From Acidobacteriota bacterium (GTDB lineage Bacteria; Acidobacteriota; Vicinamibacteria; Vicinamibacterales; JAKQTR01), in NCBI GenBank assembly GCA_040752275.1, contig JBFMFH010000056.1, positions 13,015-77,014 on the forward strand: a stretch of DNA of 64,000 nucleotides. The letters run 5' to 3'. Shown piece by piece: positions 1 to 8,890 of this stretch. The stretch's first letter is position 1. Each line of letters begins with the position of its first letter. Both the position numbers and the translations under genes were made by a program. A model generated the notes under the pieces. The model worked only from the letters and a program-made list of their open reading frames with translations, had not been told where the DNA came from and ran no database searches.

Positions 1-2336
1 TCTACGGCCTGATGTTCCGGCCAACGACCTTCGATCCGTCCCGCAAGTACCCGATCGTCAACCAGATCTACCCCGGCCCGCAGTCGGGCAGCACCCGGGG
101 CTGGACCTTCGCCGCCGCGCGTGGAGATGCCCAGGCTCTCGCCGAACTGGGCTTCATCGTCGTCACGATCGACGGCACGGGAACGCCGGGCCGGTCGAAG
201 TCGTTCCACGACGCGTACTACGGGGCGATGGGCCGCGACAACACCATCCCGGACCAGATCGCCGGGATGAAGGACCTGGCCTCGAGATTCCCGTGGATCG
301 ACCTGGATCGCGTGGGGATCTGGGGGCACTCGGGAGGCGGGTTCGCCACGACGAGCGCGATGTTCCGCTTTCCCGACTTCTTCAAGGTCGGCATCGCCGA
401 GTCAGGCAACCACGACCAGCGGCTGTATGAGGACGACTGGGGCGAGCGGTACCAGGGGCTGCTCGTCAAGGGCGCGGACGGCAAGGACAGCTACGACATC
501 GAGGCGAACCAGAACGTCGCGAAGAACCTGAAGGGGCACCTGCTGCTCGCCCACGGGACGATGGACACCAACGTACCGCCTGAGAACACCCTGGCGGTGG
601 TGGATGCGCTCATCAAGGCGAACAAGGATTTCGACCTGCTGATGATCCCGAACGCGGGGCACGGATACGGCGGCGCATCGAACTACGTGATGCGGCGACG
701 GTGGGACTACTTCGTCAAGTGGCTGCTGGGGGTGGATCCGCCGAAGGGGTACGAGATCGGGAGCACCCGACCGCCTTCGGCGCCACGCGAGCCGACGCGG
801 GCCGACATCCTGCGCGGAGCCTGGGGGAAGCACCGGGCCAACAACGATCTGCTGTCGTACCATCTCGACGTCCGCGTCGACCCCGAGAAGAAGCACATCA
901 GCGGCACGAACACGATCCGGTTCCGCATGCTGAGCGACGACACCCGCATCCAGCTCGATCTGTCGGAGGCCCTCAAGGTCGACAGGATTCTCCTCGGTGC
1001 GCAGGAGTTGAAGTACGAGCGCGAGCTGGGTGCCCTGTTCGTCGACTTCCCCGAGACGCTTCGCCGGGGGCGGACCTACGCCATCGACGTCCGCTACTCG
1101 GGCAACCCGGCCGAGACGGGGCGTTTCGGCGGGATCGCCTTTCGGAAGGACCCGGCGGGACGGCACTGGATCAACACCGCGTGCCAGGGGACGGGCGCCA
1201 GCATCTGGTGGCCGAACAAGGACCAGCAGCGCGACGAAGTCGAGAACATGCGGCTGAGCGTGTCGATCCCCAATGACCTCGTCGACGTGTCGAACGGGAA
1301 GTTCCTCGGCAAGACGGATCTCGGCGACGGCTACACGCGCTGGGAGTGGCAGATCCAATACCCGATCAACAACTACAGCGTGTCGCTGAACATCGGCCAT
1401 TACACGCACTTCACCGGCACGGCCGGGGATATGACGCTCGACTTCTACGTGCTGCCCGAAAGCCTCGAGAAGGCGAGAGCCCAGTTCGCCCAGGTCGCGC
1501 CGATGATCGCCAGCTTCGAGAAGCACTTCGGCGAGTACCCCTTCAAGAAGGACGGCTACAAGCTCATCGAAGTGCCGTACTCGGGGATGGAGCACCAGAG
1601 CGCGGTCACCTACGGCAACCGCTTCGCAAACGGCTACCTCGAGCGAGACTGGACCGGCGTGGGCGTCAGCACGAAGTTCGATTTCATCATCGTCCACGAG
1701 AGCGCCCACGAGTGGTTCGGCAACGCCATCACGGCCGCCGACGTAGCCGACATGTGGATTCACGAGGGCTGGGGCACCTACCTGGAGGCCATCTACGTCG
1801 AGGATCAGTTCGGGTACGACGACGCCCTCAAGTACGTCAACGGATACAAGTCGAAGGTCCGGAACCGTGAGCCCATCGTGACCGAGCCTGGCATCAACCG
1901 CACGCCGTCGCAGGATCAGTACTTCAAGGGGGCGCTCTTCCTCCACACCCTGCGTCACGTGATCGACGATGACGCGCGCTGGTGGGCACTGCTCCGCGAG
2001 TTCTACCAGGAGTTCAAGTACCGGAACATCGGGACCGACGATGTGGTGGCGTTCTTCAACCGGAAGACCAGGCGGAACCTGACGCCGATCTTCGACCAGT
2101 ACCTGCGGCGCGCGAGCCTTCCGACACTCGACCTCCAGTTCCAGGATAGCGGGCAGGTGGCCTACCGGTGGAGTGCCGACGTGAAGGGGTTTGCCATGCC
2201 CGTCAAGGTCGGTCGCCCGGGCCAGTGGCAGGTCTTGCGCCCTACGACGGACTGGCAGGTGATGACGACCTCGATTGCGAGAGACGATTTCGAGGTTGGG
2301 ACGGATTGGTACTACATCAATGTCAGCAGGCACTAG
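1..2336 (+). CDS. Fused peptidase: S9 (DPP-IV/prolyl oligopeptidase-type) serine hydrolase C-terminal domain joined in frame to an M1 (aminopeptidase N-type) zinc peptidase; 5' end lies outside the window
   Basis: The frame is open to the window edge (sense codons precede the ATG at 12). The S9 triad appears in order: GIWGHSGGG, GTMDTNV, NAGHGY. Downstream are GMEHQS (GxMEN-like) and HESAHEWFGN...WIHEGWGTY (HExxH-x18-E). Confidence 0.85.
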   Translation, partial: YGLMFRPTTFDPSRKYPIVNQIYPGPQSGSTRGWTFAAARGDAQALAELGFIVVTIDGTGTPGRSKSFHDAYYGAMGRDNTIPDQIAGMKDLASRFPWIDLDRVGIWGHSGGGFATTSAMFRFPDFFKVGIAESGNHDQRLYEDDWGERYQGLLVKGADGKDSYDIEANQNVAKNLKGHLLLAHGTMDTNVPPENTLAVVDALIKANKDFDLLMIPNAGHGYGGASNYVMRRRWDYFVKWLLGVDPPKGYEIGSTRPPSAPREPTRADILRGAWGKHRANNDLLSYHLDVRVDPEKKHISGTNTIRFRMLSDDTRIQLDLSEALKVDRILLGAQELKYERELGALFVDFPETLRRGRTYAIDVRYSGNPAETGRFGGIAFRKDPAGRHWINTACQGTGASIWWPNKDQQRDEVENMRLSVSIPNDLVDVSNGKFLGKTDLGDGYTRWEWQIQYPINNYSVSLNIGHYTHFTGTAGDMTLDFYVLPESLEKARAQFAQVAPMIASFEKHFGEYPFKKDGYKLIEVPYSGMEHQSAVTYGNRFANGYLERDWTGVGVSTKFDFIIVHESAHEWFGNAITAADVADMWIHEGWGTYLEAIYVEDQFGYDDALKYVNGYKSKVRNREPIVTEPGINRTPSQDQYFKGALFLHTLRHVIDDDARWWALLREFYQEFKYRNIGTDDVVAFFNRKTRRNLTPIFDQYLRRASLPTLDLQFQDSGQVAYRWSADVKGFAMPVKVGRPGQWQVLRPTTDWQVMTTSIARDDFEVGTDWYYINVSRH

Positions 2337-2398
2337 ACAGGCGACAGGCGACAGGCGACGGGCGACAGGGTAGGGGTCAGGCGACAGGAGGCAGGAGG
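2336..2398 (+). repeat. Heptanucleotide tandem array (GACAGGC-type) starting at the last base of the TAG stop
   Basis: Read directly: gacaggc gacaggc gacaggc gacgggc gacaggg, then degenerate gacagga ggcagga units. Confidence 0.9.
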
Positions 2399-2423
2399 CG
2401 TTCCGCACTCCGCAATCGGATCG

Positions 2424-3071
2424 TCAGCCGGATCGCGGGCCTCGGGCGACGGCGGCGGCATAGTGTCGCAGTTCGCGCATGCCGGCCAGCTGGAGCTTGT
2501 TGATCAACCGGTTGGCGTAGGTCTCGACGGTGCGTGCGCTCACATCCAGCCGCGAGGCCATCTCGGCCAGGCTGTAGCCGGCGCTGAGGTACTGCAGCAC
2601 CTGGTCTTCCCGGCGGCTGAGTTGGACTCTCGTGCCCATGCGAACCAGCGGCTCGGTCTCGTCGGTGAGCGTGTCGTCGGCAAGAGGACTCAAGTACGGC
2701 CTCCCGCGAAGGACGGAGCGCAGAGCCTCCAGCAGCGTGTCACCGGCTTCGGCCTTGGTGACATAGCCTGAGGCCCCGGCCGTCAGCGCCTGCTCGACGT
2801 GCAGGTGGTCGTCGTGCATCGAACAGACGACGGCGGGAATGCCCTTCTCGCGCAGAGGCTCCATCAACGTGAGTCCGGACTCGCAGGCCAGTGCCAGGTC
2901 GAGCAGCGCGACGTCGGCCCCGCGATTGTTGATGAGCGACAGCGCGTCGCGTGTCGTGCCGGCCTCGCCCGACACGGCGAACCCGTTGCCTTCGAGCAGC
3001 ATGCGAACGCCCTGACGAAAGACCGGGTGGTCATCCACCAGCAGCACTTCGGTCCGAGCCCGCTCAGGCAT
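2424..3071 (-). CDS. NarL/FixJ-family response regulator (REC + LuxR-type HTH)
   Basis: VLLVDDHPVFRQG receiver start, a phospho-acceptor context (DVALLDLAL), and a C-terminal LSRREDQVLQYLSAGYSLAEMASRLDVSARTVETY HTH. It overlaps the upstream kinase stop by 8 nt. Confidence 0.9.
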   Translation of the reverse strand: MPERARTEVLLVDDHPVFRQGVRMLLEGNGFAVSGEAGTTRDALSLINNRGADVALLDLALACESGLTLMEPLREKGIPAVVCSMHDDHLHVEQALTAGASGYVTKAEAGDTLLEALRSVLRGRPYLSPLADDTLTDETEPLVRMGTRVQLSRREDQVLQYLSAGYSLAEMASRLDVSARTVETYANRLINKLQLAGMRELRHYAAAVARGPRSG

Positions 3072-4389
3072 GCTCCACCTCTTGGGCGGACGGCCTGTCC
3101 GACTCGTGCGGAATCGAGCAGACGATCACCGTCCCGCGACCAGACGATCCCTCGATGGAGACGTCGGCGCCGATGAGCTCCGCTCGCTGCCGCATGATCT
3201 GCAGTCCCAAGCCGGCGACCTGTTCCGAGCGCAGGCCGATGCCATCGTCCCGGACGGTGAGGTGCCAGGCGTCAGGCGTGTCATCCAGTTCGATCTCAAT
3301 GGTTGCGGCCCGGCTGTGCCGGACCGCGTTCGAGACGGCCTCGGCTGCGATGCGGTAGACCTGGTAGGCGGCTTCGCCTTCAAGCGAAATGCTGCCATTC
3401 CGGTTGCGGAACCTGCACGCGACCGCATGCAGACCGTGTGTAGTCTGGGCCAGGGCCTCGAGTCCTTCGGGAAGAGAGTCGAAGGCCTGACAGATCGGGC
3501 TGAGCCCCCTGGCCAGGCGCCGGGCGTCGACGGTCGCACTTCGCAGGGTCTCGGCGACTGCCTCGAGATCGGATGCCAGACGCCGATTCACTCTCGCGGC
3601 ACCGGTGGCGAGTACCCCCACGCGAAGCTGGGCGCCAGCCAATTGCTGGCAGACGCCATCGTGCAGCTCCCGTCCGATGTTCTGGCGTTCGCGGACCGGG
3701 GCATCCAGCACTTCGCGCTCGAGGCGGTGCCGTGCGATCGCTTCGTCCCGCAAGCGCTCGCTCGCGGTGCGCTCGTTCACCAGCAGCGTGGCGTGCAATC
3801 GCAGCAGCCGGTCCAGCAGGATCGTGATGGGGACGAGCGTCGCGCCCAGGCCCAATCCCTGAAGGCCCCATGCCTCGGCCGTTGCCGGTCGTGACGTCGC
3901 GAGCGACCCCGGTGCTCCGGCGAAGCCGAACCACGCGAGCCACGTGAGGCCGACATAGGTGCCGAGGCTCAGGCCGGCCGCGATCCAGCCGGCGGGAATG
4001 CCCAGCAGCACGATCGCCAGAATCGGCAGGCCGAGCAGGACGAAGGCCCCGATGCTGGCGTGGCCGCCCACCGCCGTCATCACCACCGTCAGCCCCATCA
4101 TCAGCAGCAACACACCCCACGTCCGCAGGCGGCTGTTCAGCCTGCGGGCGATGGCCAGCCCGATCAACATCAGGTAGGCGGCAGCGACGGCCAGCTGACT
4201 TCCCAGGCCCAGTTGCAGCAGCGCGCCGAAGACCGCGGGGAACAGTACGAGCGCGATGCCCGGCAGGACGGTCTCGCGCGTCCGATCGCGCCAGGCCATC
4301 ACAGTCGGGTGGACGACCACGTCCTCGGGCGCCGCGGATTCGAACCAGGCGCGCAGGCGACGGACCATGGTGCCTTCCCCTGGCCTCAA
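3064..4389 (-). CDS. Membrane sensor histidine kinase (HisKA_3/NarX-DegS type)
   Basis: Multiple N-terminal hydrophobic segments, the H-box IGRELHDGVCQQL, and the HATPase motifs NAVRHS, DDGIGL, GLGLQIM. Confidence 0.88.
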   Translation of the reverse strand: MRPGEGTMVRRLRAWFESAAPEDVVVHPTVMAWRDRTRETVLPGIALVLFPAVFGALLQLGLGSQLAVAAAYLMLIGLAIARRLNSRLRTWGVLLLMMGLTVVMTAVGGHASIGAFVLLGLPILAIVLLGIPAGWIAAGLSLGTYVGLTWLAWFGFAGAPGSLATSRPATAEAWGLQGLGLGATLVPITILLDRLLRLHATLLVNERTASERLRDEAIARHRLEREVLDAPVRERQNIGRELHDGVCQQLAGAQLRVGVLATGAARVNRRLASDLEAVAETLRSATVDARRLARGLSPICQAFDSLPEGLEALAQTTHGLHAVACRFRNRNGSISLEGEAAYQVYRIAAEAVSNAVRHSRAATIEIELDDTPDAWHLTVRDDGIGLRSEQVAGLGLQIMRQRAELIGADVSIEGSSGRGTVIVCSIPHESDRPSAQEVEHA

Positions 4390-4713
4390 CTCATCGGGAA
4401 CCGTGCCGACTGGTGAACATCAACAAGCTCCGCCCGACCTACAGAATCTGTAGATGGCGCACGGATTGTCAGTGGCCTATGCAAGCGGAATGCTCAGGCT
4501 TCGCGCCGTGCCTGGAATGAGACAACCTGCCCAAACACCAGACAATCGTGCACGGGAGTCCACGCCAGTTCGTGAGGAGCCTCCGCTGGCGTGTAGGATG
4601 TCCAGTCCCGAGACAACACAACCTGGGGGTACGAAAACGAGACACGGTGACTCGTGCGTGGACACGGCCTGTACGTATCCGGGACCGGGACCCATCCGCA
4701 TTCCGCACATGCC

Positions 4714-4788
4714 GGGATTCGGGATTCGGGATTCGGGATTCGGGAACGCGTCGCGCTGGCCGCGCGACCTCGACCTTTCGATTCGCAG
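4714..4788 (+). repeat. Copy A of a 75-bp intergenic element: (GGGATTC)x4 followed by a conserved core with a GTCGCGC-N5-GCGCGAC hairpin
   Basis: Near-identical to 6616-6690 by direct comparison. The hairpin stem is 4750-4756 / 4762-4768. Confidence 0.9.
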
Positions 4789-4794
4789 CGGTGC

Positions 4795-5409
4795 CTACTG
4801 GATTCTCGCGCCGATATCGTCGCCACCGAGGCTGGCGGTGCCGACCGGTTGTCTGTACGGTGTGTCAATCGTGCCGTTCGGGCCGGCCGACAACACCCAG
4901 ACGGCGGCAGGCTGTTCGTGGGGTGGGGAAGGGGAGGCAGGGCCAAGCAATCCGACGTTGACGAGATACCGGTGGCCCCACGGGTCAGGCCCCGGGTCGA
5001 AGTCGATGTACTGGTCGAACCGCTGGTCTGCCTGCTGAGTCGGCTTGGTGGGGCGGTTGACGAGGTACTCGGTCAGGGTGCTCACGTGGCCCGTGGACCA
5101 CTCGGTCCGGCGAGCCTCGATCGGCCGATCGCCTTGGCTGACGAGGAGATCGAACGGAAAGCGCCGGGCCGAGGTGCCCCAACTGCCGGGCCCGGCCGCC
5201 GTCGCGTCCCAGTCGCGGTAGAAGCGGGCGACCGCCGCGCCAATCGTATAGCAGGTCCGCTCCGCTCGAATCTCACGAGACGCGGTGAAGAAGGCCGAGA
5301 TGGAGGGCATCATGACCAGCCCGACGGTGGTGGCAGCCGCGAGCAGGACGGCAAGATCGAGAGGGGAGAAGGATGCGCGATGTCTGGCGATGAGCGGGCG
5401 GGCAAACAT
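4795..5409 (-). CDS. GspG-like pseudopilin paralog with a degenerate prepilin leader
   Basis: N-terminal hydrophobic helix (SFSPLDLAVLLAAATTVGLVMMPS). It shares the DPWGHRYLVN motif and the C-terminal GGDD with the neighbouring pseudopilin. Confidence 0.6.
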   Translation of the reverse strand: MFARPLIARHRASFSPLDLAVLLAAATTVGLVMMPSISAFFTASREIRAERTCYTIGAAVARFYRDWDATAAGPGSWGTSARRFPFDLLVSQGDRPIEARRTEWSTGHVSTLTEYLVNRPTKPTQQADQRFDQYIDFDPGPDPWGHRYLVNVGLLGPASPSPPHEQPAAVWVLSAGPNGTIDTPYRQPVGTASLGGDDIGARIQ

Positions 5410-5506
5410 CGTCGGACCCTCTGCGAGCGGCGTCCCTCGGACCTGAAGAGACAGGCCGGGGCATGGCCCCGGCCCAGGTGGTGACTTCCAAGAAGGGGCG
5501 CGCGGC

Positions 5507-6256
5507 CTACCGCGAGCCGCCGGAGATCACCGTCACGAAGTCGTCGCCACCACGCTGTGTGCCGCCGCCGCTCCCGGCAAACGGCGTCTCAATCGTCTGG
5601 TCCTCGCCAGCCGACAGACAGATGGTGTCATAGTGCCAGCCGTAATCCGGACAACCCTGGTCGCCCGAGCAGTTGGCATCGTTGGCCACCCTCAGGAAGA
5701 GGGTGTTCACCAGATAGGTGCTTCCCCACGGATCGGGCCCGATCGGCGGTGCCAAGTAAGCTCCGCGCCAGCCGGTGGTGAAGAGGGGCAGGGGGTTCTG
5801 GGCGAAACCCAGCGCGCCAGGCGTCTTGTACGCGGGATCGTTCCGCACGAGCTGGCTCTCGAGCGTGTCGAACGCGGCGCAGGGCGCCGCATCGAAGGGA
5901 TCATCCCAGTTGTAGGTCGCGCACTCCGCGGTGCTCCCTGCTGGGGTGAAGTTCGGGGCATCGACTAGGTCGATGCTCGGTTCGTTTCCGTCGCTGTACA
6001 GGATCCCCGCGATGTTCAAGATCTCGCAGTCAACCGGCACCGCAGAGCCGTTCTGCGCAACGCAGTTCGTGTCCCTGAACAGGCGCGCGATCGACACGGC
6101 GATCGCCTCGCAGTCTTCCTTCACCTTGACGCGCTGCGCGTCCTTGATGAAGTCGAAGATGGAGGGCACCAGGACGCTGGTGAGGAGCATCAGCACGAGC
6201 AGCATGATGGTGACCTCGATCAGCGACAGGCCCTTCTGTCCGTTGAGCTTTCTCAT
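5507..6256 (-). CDS. Type II secretion/type IV pilin-like pseudopilin (GspG-like)
   Basis: MRKLNGQKGLSLIEVTIMLLVLMLL is a class III signal (G|LSLIE) followed by a hydrophobic helix. It also has the DPWGSTYLVN motif. GGAGG lies 7 nt upstream of the ATG at 6256, so the longer track ORF (to 6469) was trimmed. Confidence 0.75.
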   Translation of the reverse strand: MRKLNGQKGLSLIEVTIMLLVLMLLTSVLVPSIFDFIKDAQRVKVKEDCEAIAVSIARLFRDTNCVAQNGSAVPVDCEILNIAGILYSDGNEPSIDLVDAPNFTPAGSTAECATYNWDDPFDAAPCAAFDTLESQLVRNDPAYKTPGALGFAQNPLPLFTTGWRGAYLAPPIGPDPWGSTYLVNTLFLRVANDANCSGDQGCPDYGWHYDTICLSAGEDQTIETPFAGSGGGTQRGGDDFVTVISGGSR

Positions 6257-6615
6257 TGAGCGACCTCCGTGGCTGCAAACGTCTGTTGACGAAACCCGAA
6301 GCCTCGGCCGATTCGTCGCAGCACCGCACGGGAGGGAGCCCGGACGTACACGAAAAGAGGGACTGTGACCGGCCACCGAGTCACAGTCCCCCGATTCCTG
6401 TGTCCCCGTTGTCGTGTGACGCCTTCGGGGAAGGCTCGTCGGCGCGTTAGCTAGACGCGCCCGAGTCACACAAGCACAGCCGACTGGGTCGGTCGGCGCG
6501 CTCCCGCGCGGTTGACCCGCTGCTTGCCACTCAATATGCGCCGGTGGGGATCGCTATGCTGTCCGGAGTCTCCCGGACAAGGGGAGAAATCACGGCTGGC
6601 AATCCCCAGGGACCC

Positions 6616-6690
6616 GGGATTCGGGATTCGGGATTGGGGATTCGGGAACGCGTCGCGCTGGTCGCGCGACCTCAGCCGTTCGATTCGCAG
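6616..6690 (+). repeat. Copy B of the 75-bp element (GGGATTC array + conserved hairpin core)
   Basis: gggattc gggattc gggattg gggattc, then gggaacgcgtcgcgctggtcgcgcgacc...ttcgattcgcag. The hairpin is 6652-6658 / 6664-6670. Confidence 0.9.
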
Positions 6691-6779
6691 GTGCGGCGCG
6701 TACGTGCAGCACTCCGCATCCCGCACTCCGGTCCCCGGGTCTCGGAACCCAGGATTGCGGAACGGCCGTAGAGCGGCCC

Positions 6780-6807
6780 GAATCCCGAATCCCGAACCCC
6801 GAATCCC
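6780..6807 (+). repeat. Inverted heptamer array (GAATCCC)x4, the reverse complement of the 6616-6643 array
   Basis: gaatccc gaatccc gaacccc gaatccc. Together with 6616-6643 it forms 28-nt terminal inverted repeats around about 136 bp. Confidence 0.85.
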
Positions 6808-6893
6808 GGGTGCGGGTTCCTCCCCCTGTATTCCGTGCCATAATCCGTCGGGGGGCGGCGTGTGCCCGTGCCCTGAGAAGGAGAGCGGCAGAG

Positions 6894-7628
6894 ATGGTCC
6901 GGATGCGGCGTTGGGTGAGCCTGGCAGCGTGGGTGACGATGGCCGGCGTAGCGGCAGGGTGCGACAGCTCGCCGACCGCGCCGACGAGCTACGCCCCGTA
7001 CTCACAAACGGACCTCCGCATCGGAGGCGGGGCCGAGGCCGTGACGGGCCAGTTGGTCACGGTCAGCTATACGGGATGGTTCTACGACGCCACGAAGACC
7101 GAGCAGAAGGGCGTGCAGTTCGATTCGTCAGTGGGACGGACGCCGCTAACCTTCACCTTGGGCGCCGGGCAGGTCATCGCCGGCTGGGACCAGGGCCTGG
7201 TGGGCATGAAGGTCGGAGGGCTTCGGCGGCTCATCATTCCGCCGTCGCTCGGCTACGGACCCTACCGTTATGGCACGATTCCCGGTAACTCGACGCTCCT
7301 CTTCGATGTCGAACTCCTTGCCACGGGGACGGCCCCGATTGTGACCGCCGATCCGACGGACGTGACGGTGACGGCGGGCGAGACAGCGAGCTTCACGGCG
7401 GCGGCAGGTGGGCAGCCCGCGCCGACGGTGCAGTGGCAGGTGAGCACCGACGGCGGCACGACCTGGACCGATGTGGCCGGCGCCACGGAGACGACCTACA
7501 GCTTCACGGCCGCCGCGGCGGACACGGGTAAGCAGTTCCGTGCGGTGTTCACGAACAGCGTCGGGACCGCGGCCTCGGCTTCGGCGACGCTGACCGTGAA
7601 CGCGGGCGGCGCAGGCGGAGGAGTCTGA
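6894..7628 (+). CDS. FKBP-type peptidyl-prolyl isomerase lipoprotein with a C-terminal Ig-like domain
   Basis: Signal/lipobox MVRMRRWVSLAAWVTMAGVAAGC. FKBP core VTVSYTGW...QFDSS...FTLGAGQVIAGWDQGLVGMKVGG.RRLIIPP.LGYG...LLFDVELL. The tail PTDVTVTAGETASFTAAAGGQPAPTVQWQVSTDGGTTW...ATLTV is Ig/I-set-like. GAAGGAG lies upstream of the ATG at 6894. Confidence 0.85.
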   Translation: MVRMRRWVSLAAWVTMAGVAAGCDSSPTAPTSYAPYSQTDLRIGGGAEAVTGQLVTVSYTGWFYDATKTEQKGVQFDSSVGRTPLTFTLGAGQVIAGWDQGLVGMKVGGLRRLIIPPSLGYGPYRYGTIPGNSTLLFDVELLATGTAPIVTADPTDVTVTAGETASFTAAAGGQPAPTVQWQVSTDGGTTWTDVAGATETTYSFTAAAADTGKQFRAVFTNSVGTAASASATLTVNAGGAGGGV

Positions 7629-7634
7629 CCCGCC

Positions 7635-8720
7635 TCACCGCGTGATGCGGATCCGGATTCCGGCCAGCGTCGAGTTGACGGCCTCGTCGATGGTGCCCTC
7701 GCCGCCTTCGGCTGAGGTGCCCTTGATGGGCATCCGCACGAACTCCCCGTAGATGGCGACCCTCGGCGACACCCAGACCTCGGCGCCGCCGCCGGCAAAC
7801 CACCGCCACCCCGTCACCCTCAACCCGAACGACTGCGTGCCGCCCACAATCGTCTGTTCGACATCATCGACCGTGACGGTGTAGTCGTCGATCGTCTGGT
7901 TGGTTGTCGACGTGGCCCGCGAATACGTGGCGCCGCCCTTGCCATACACCCGGACCCGGCCCATGGGTACGCCGATCTTGCCGGCGGCCGCCACGATCTG
8001 CGTGTCGAACGTGTTGTCGAACCGGTTACTCTCTCCAGCGCTCCGGGAGACAACGTCTGCGGGCTTCACGTAGCTGACCTCGGCCCCGAGGAAGGGCTTG
8101 AACCAGACGTCGATGCCCGCGGTCGGGGCCAGGCGGCTGCGCGAGCCGGTGCACTCGGGCTCGTTGCCGCACGCGACGAAGACCTGATTGCTGAAGAGCG
8201 ACAGGCCCCCGCCGCCGAAGGCGATGAGGCCCACCGGCAACGGTCCCCACTCGCGGGACGGACCGCCCTGTGCGGCGTCCGGATCCAGCCAGGCCTCCGG
8301 TGCCGGGCCCTGCCTGAACCGGACGGACGGCAGCGGGTCGGATACATCGACGACGAACGAGGTGACCTCGCGCAGGACATACACGCCGGCAATCTCCCGC
8401 CTGGTGCACTCGCCGGGCCCGGCCGGTCCCACGACCCCGGGCTCGATGAGGAGCACGCGCCGGAGACCCTCGCAGGCATCGACGAAGATGGTGGCGTCAA
8501 TCTCGGTTCTGCCTCGCTGGGCGGAGAGATCGAAGGTGAGCGTGGCGACGCCCCTGGCGTTCGCCGTCGTGGAGCCCACCTGGGCCGTGTTGAGCACGAG
8601 CTCGACGCGTGCCCCCGGCGGGGCCTTGATGACGCTGACGGACTGCGCCATCGCCACGCCGCTTGCTCCCGCGACGTTGAGTGCGGCCACGATCGCCAAC
8701 AGCCGCCAGAATCCCTTCAT
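7635..8720 (-). CDS. Outer-membrane protein with a C-terminal OmpA-like beta-barrel
   Basis: Signal peptide MKGFWRLLAIVAALNVAGASGVAMAQ. The C-terminal half has alternating beta-strand patterning. GGAGG lies upstream of the ATG at 8720, so the track ORF start at 8876 was trimmed. Confidence 0.7.
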   Translation of the reverse strand: MKGFWRLLAIVAALNVAGASGVAMAQSVSVIKAPPGARVELVLNTAQVGSTTANARGVATLTFDLSAQRGRTEIDATIFVDACEGLRRVLLIEPGVVGPAGPGECTRREIAGVYVLREVTSFVVDVSDPLPSVRFRQGPAPEAWLDPDAAQGGPSREWGPLPVGLIAFGGGGLSLFSNQVFVACGNEPECTGSRSRLAPTAGIDVWFKPFLGAEVSYVKPADVVSRSAGESNRFDNTFDTQIVAAAGKIGVPMGRVRVYGKGGATYSRATSTTNQTIDDYTVTVDDVEQTIVGGTQSFGLRVTGWRWFAGGGAEVWVSPRVAIYGEFVRMPIKGTSAEGGEGTIDEAVNSTLAGIRIRITR

Positions 8721-8890
8721 TCCCGCCTCCGCTCCAAACATCGGGCACACGGCCTTCCATGTTACTCCAGGGAGGGCTGCGTCTGCCTGGCCGGCGGCTC
8801 TGATGGCGTGCGTGGCGGCAGGCCGCTCGTGTCCCGCCCGCAGGGCGTTACCGCACTGGAGGCGCGGTTCATTCATCCGGACTCTGATGC

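Noticed and set aside
402-2408. 668-aa ORF antisense to the S9/M1 peptidase gene
   Set aside because: It has an Arg/Pro/Val/Gly-rich, low-complexity translation with no motifs. It is fully antisense to a gene with clear catalytic motifs, which is the typical long-ORF artefact of GC-rich DNA.
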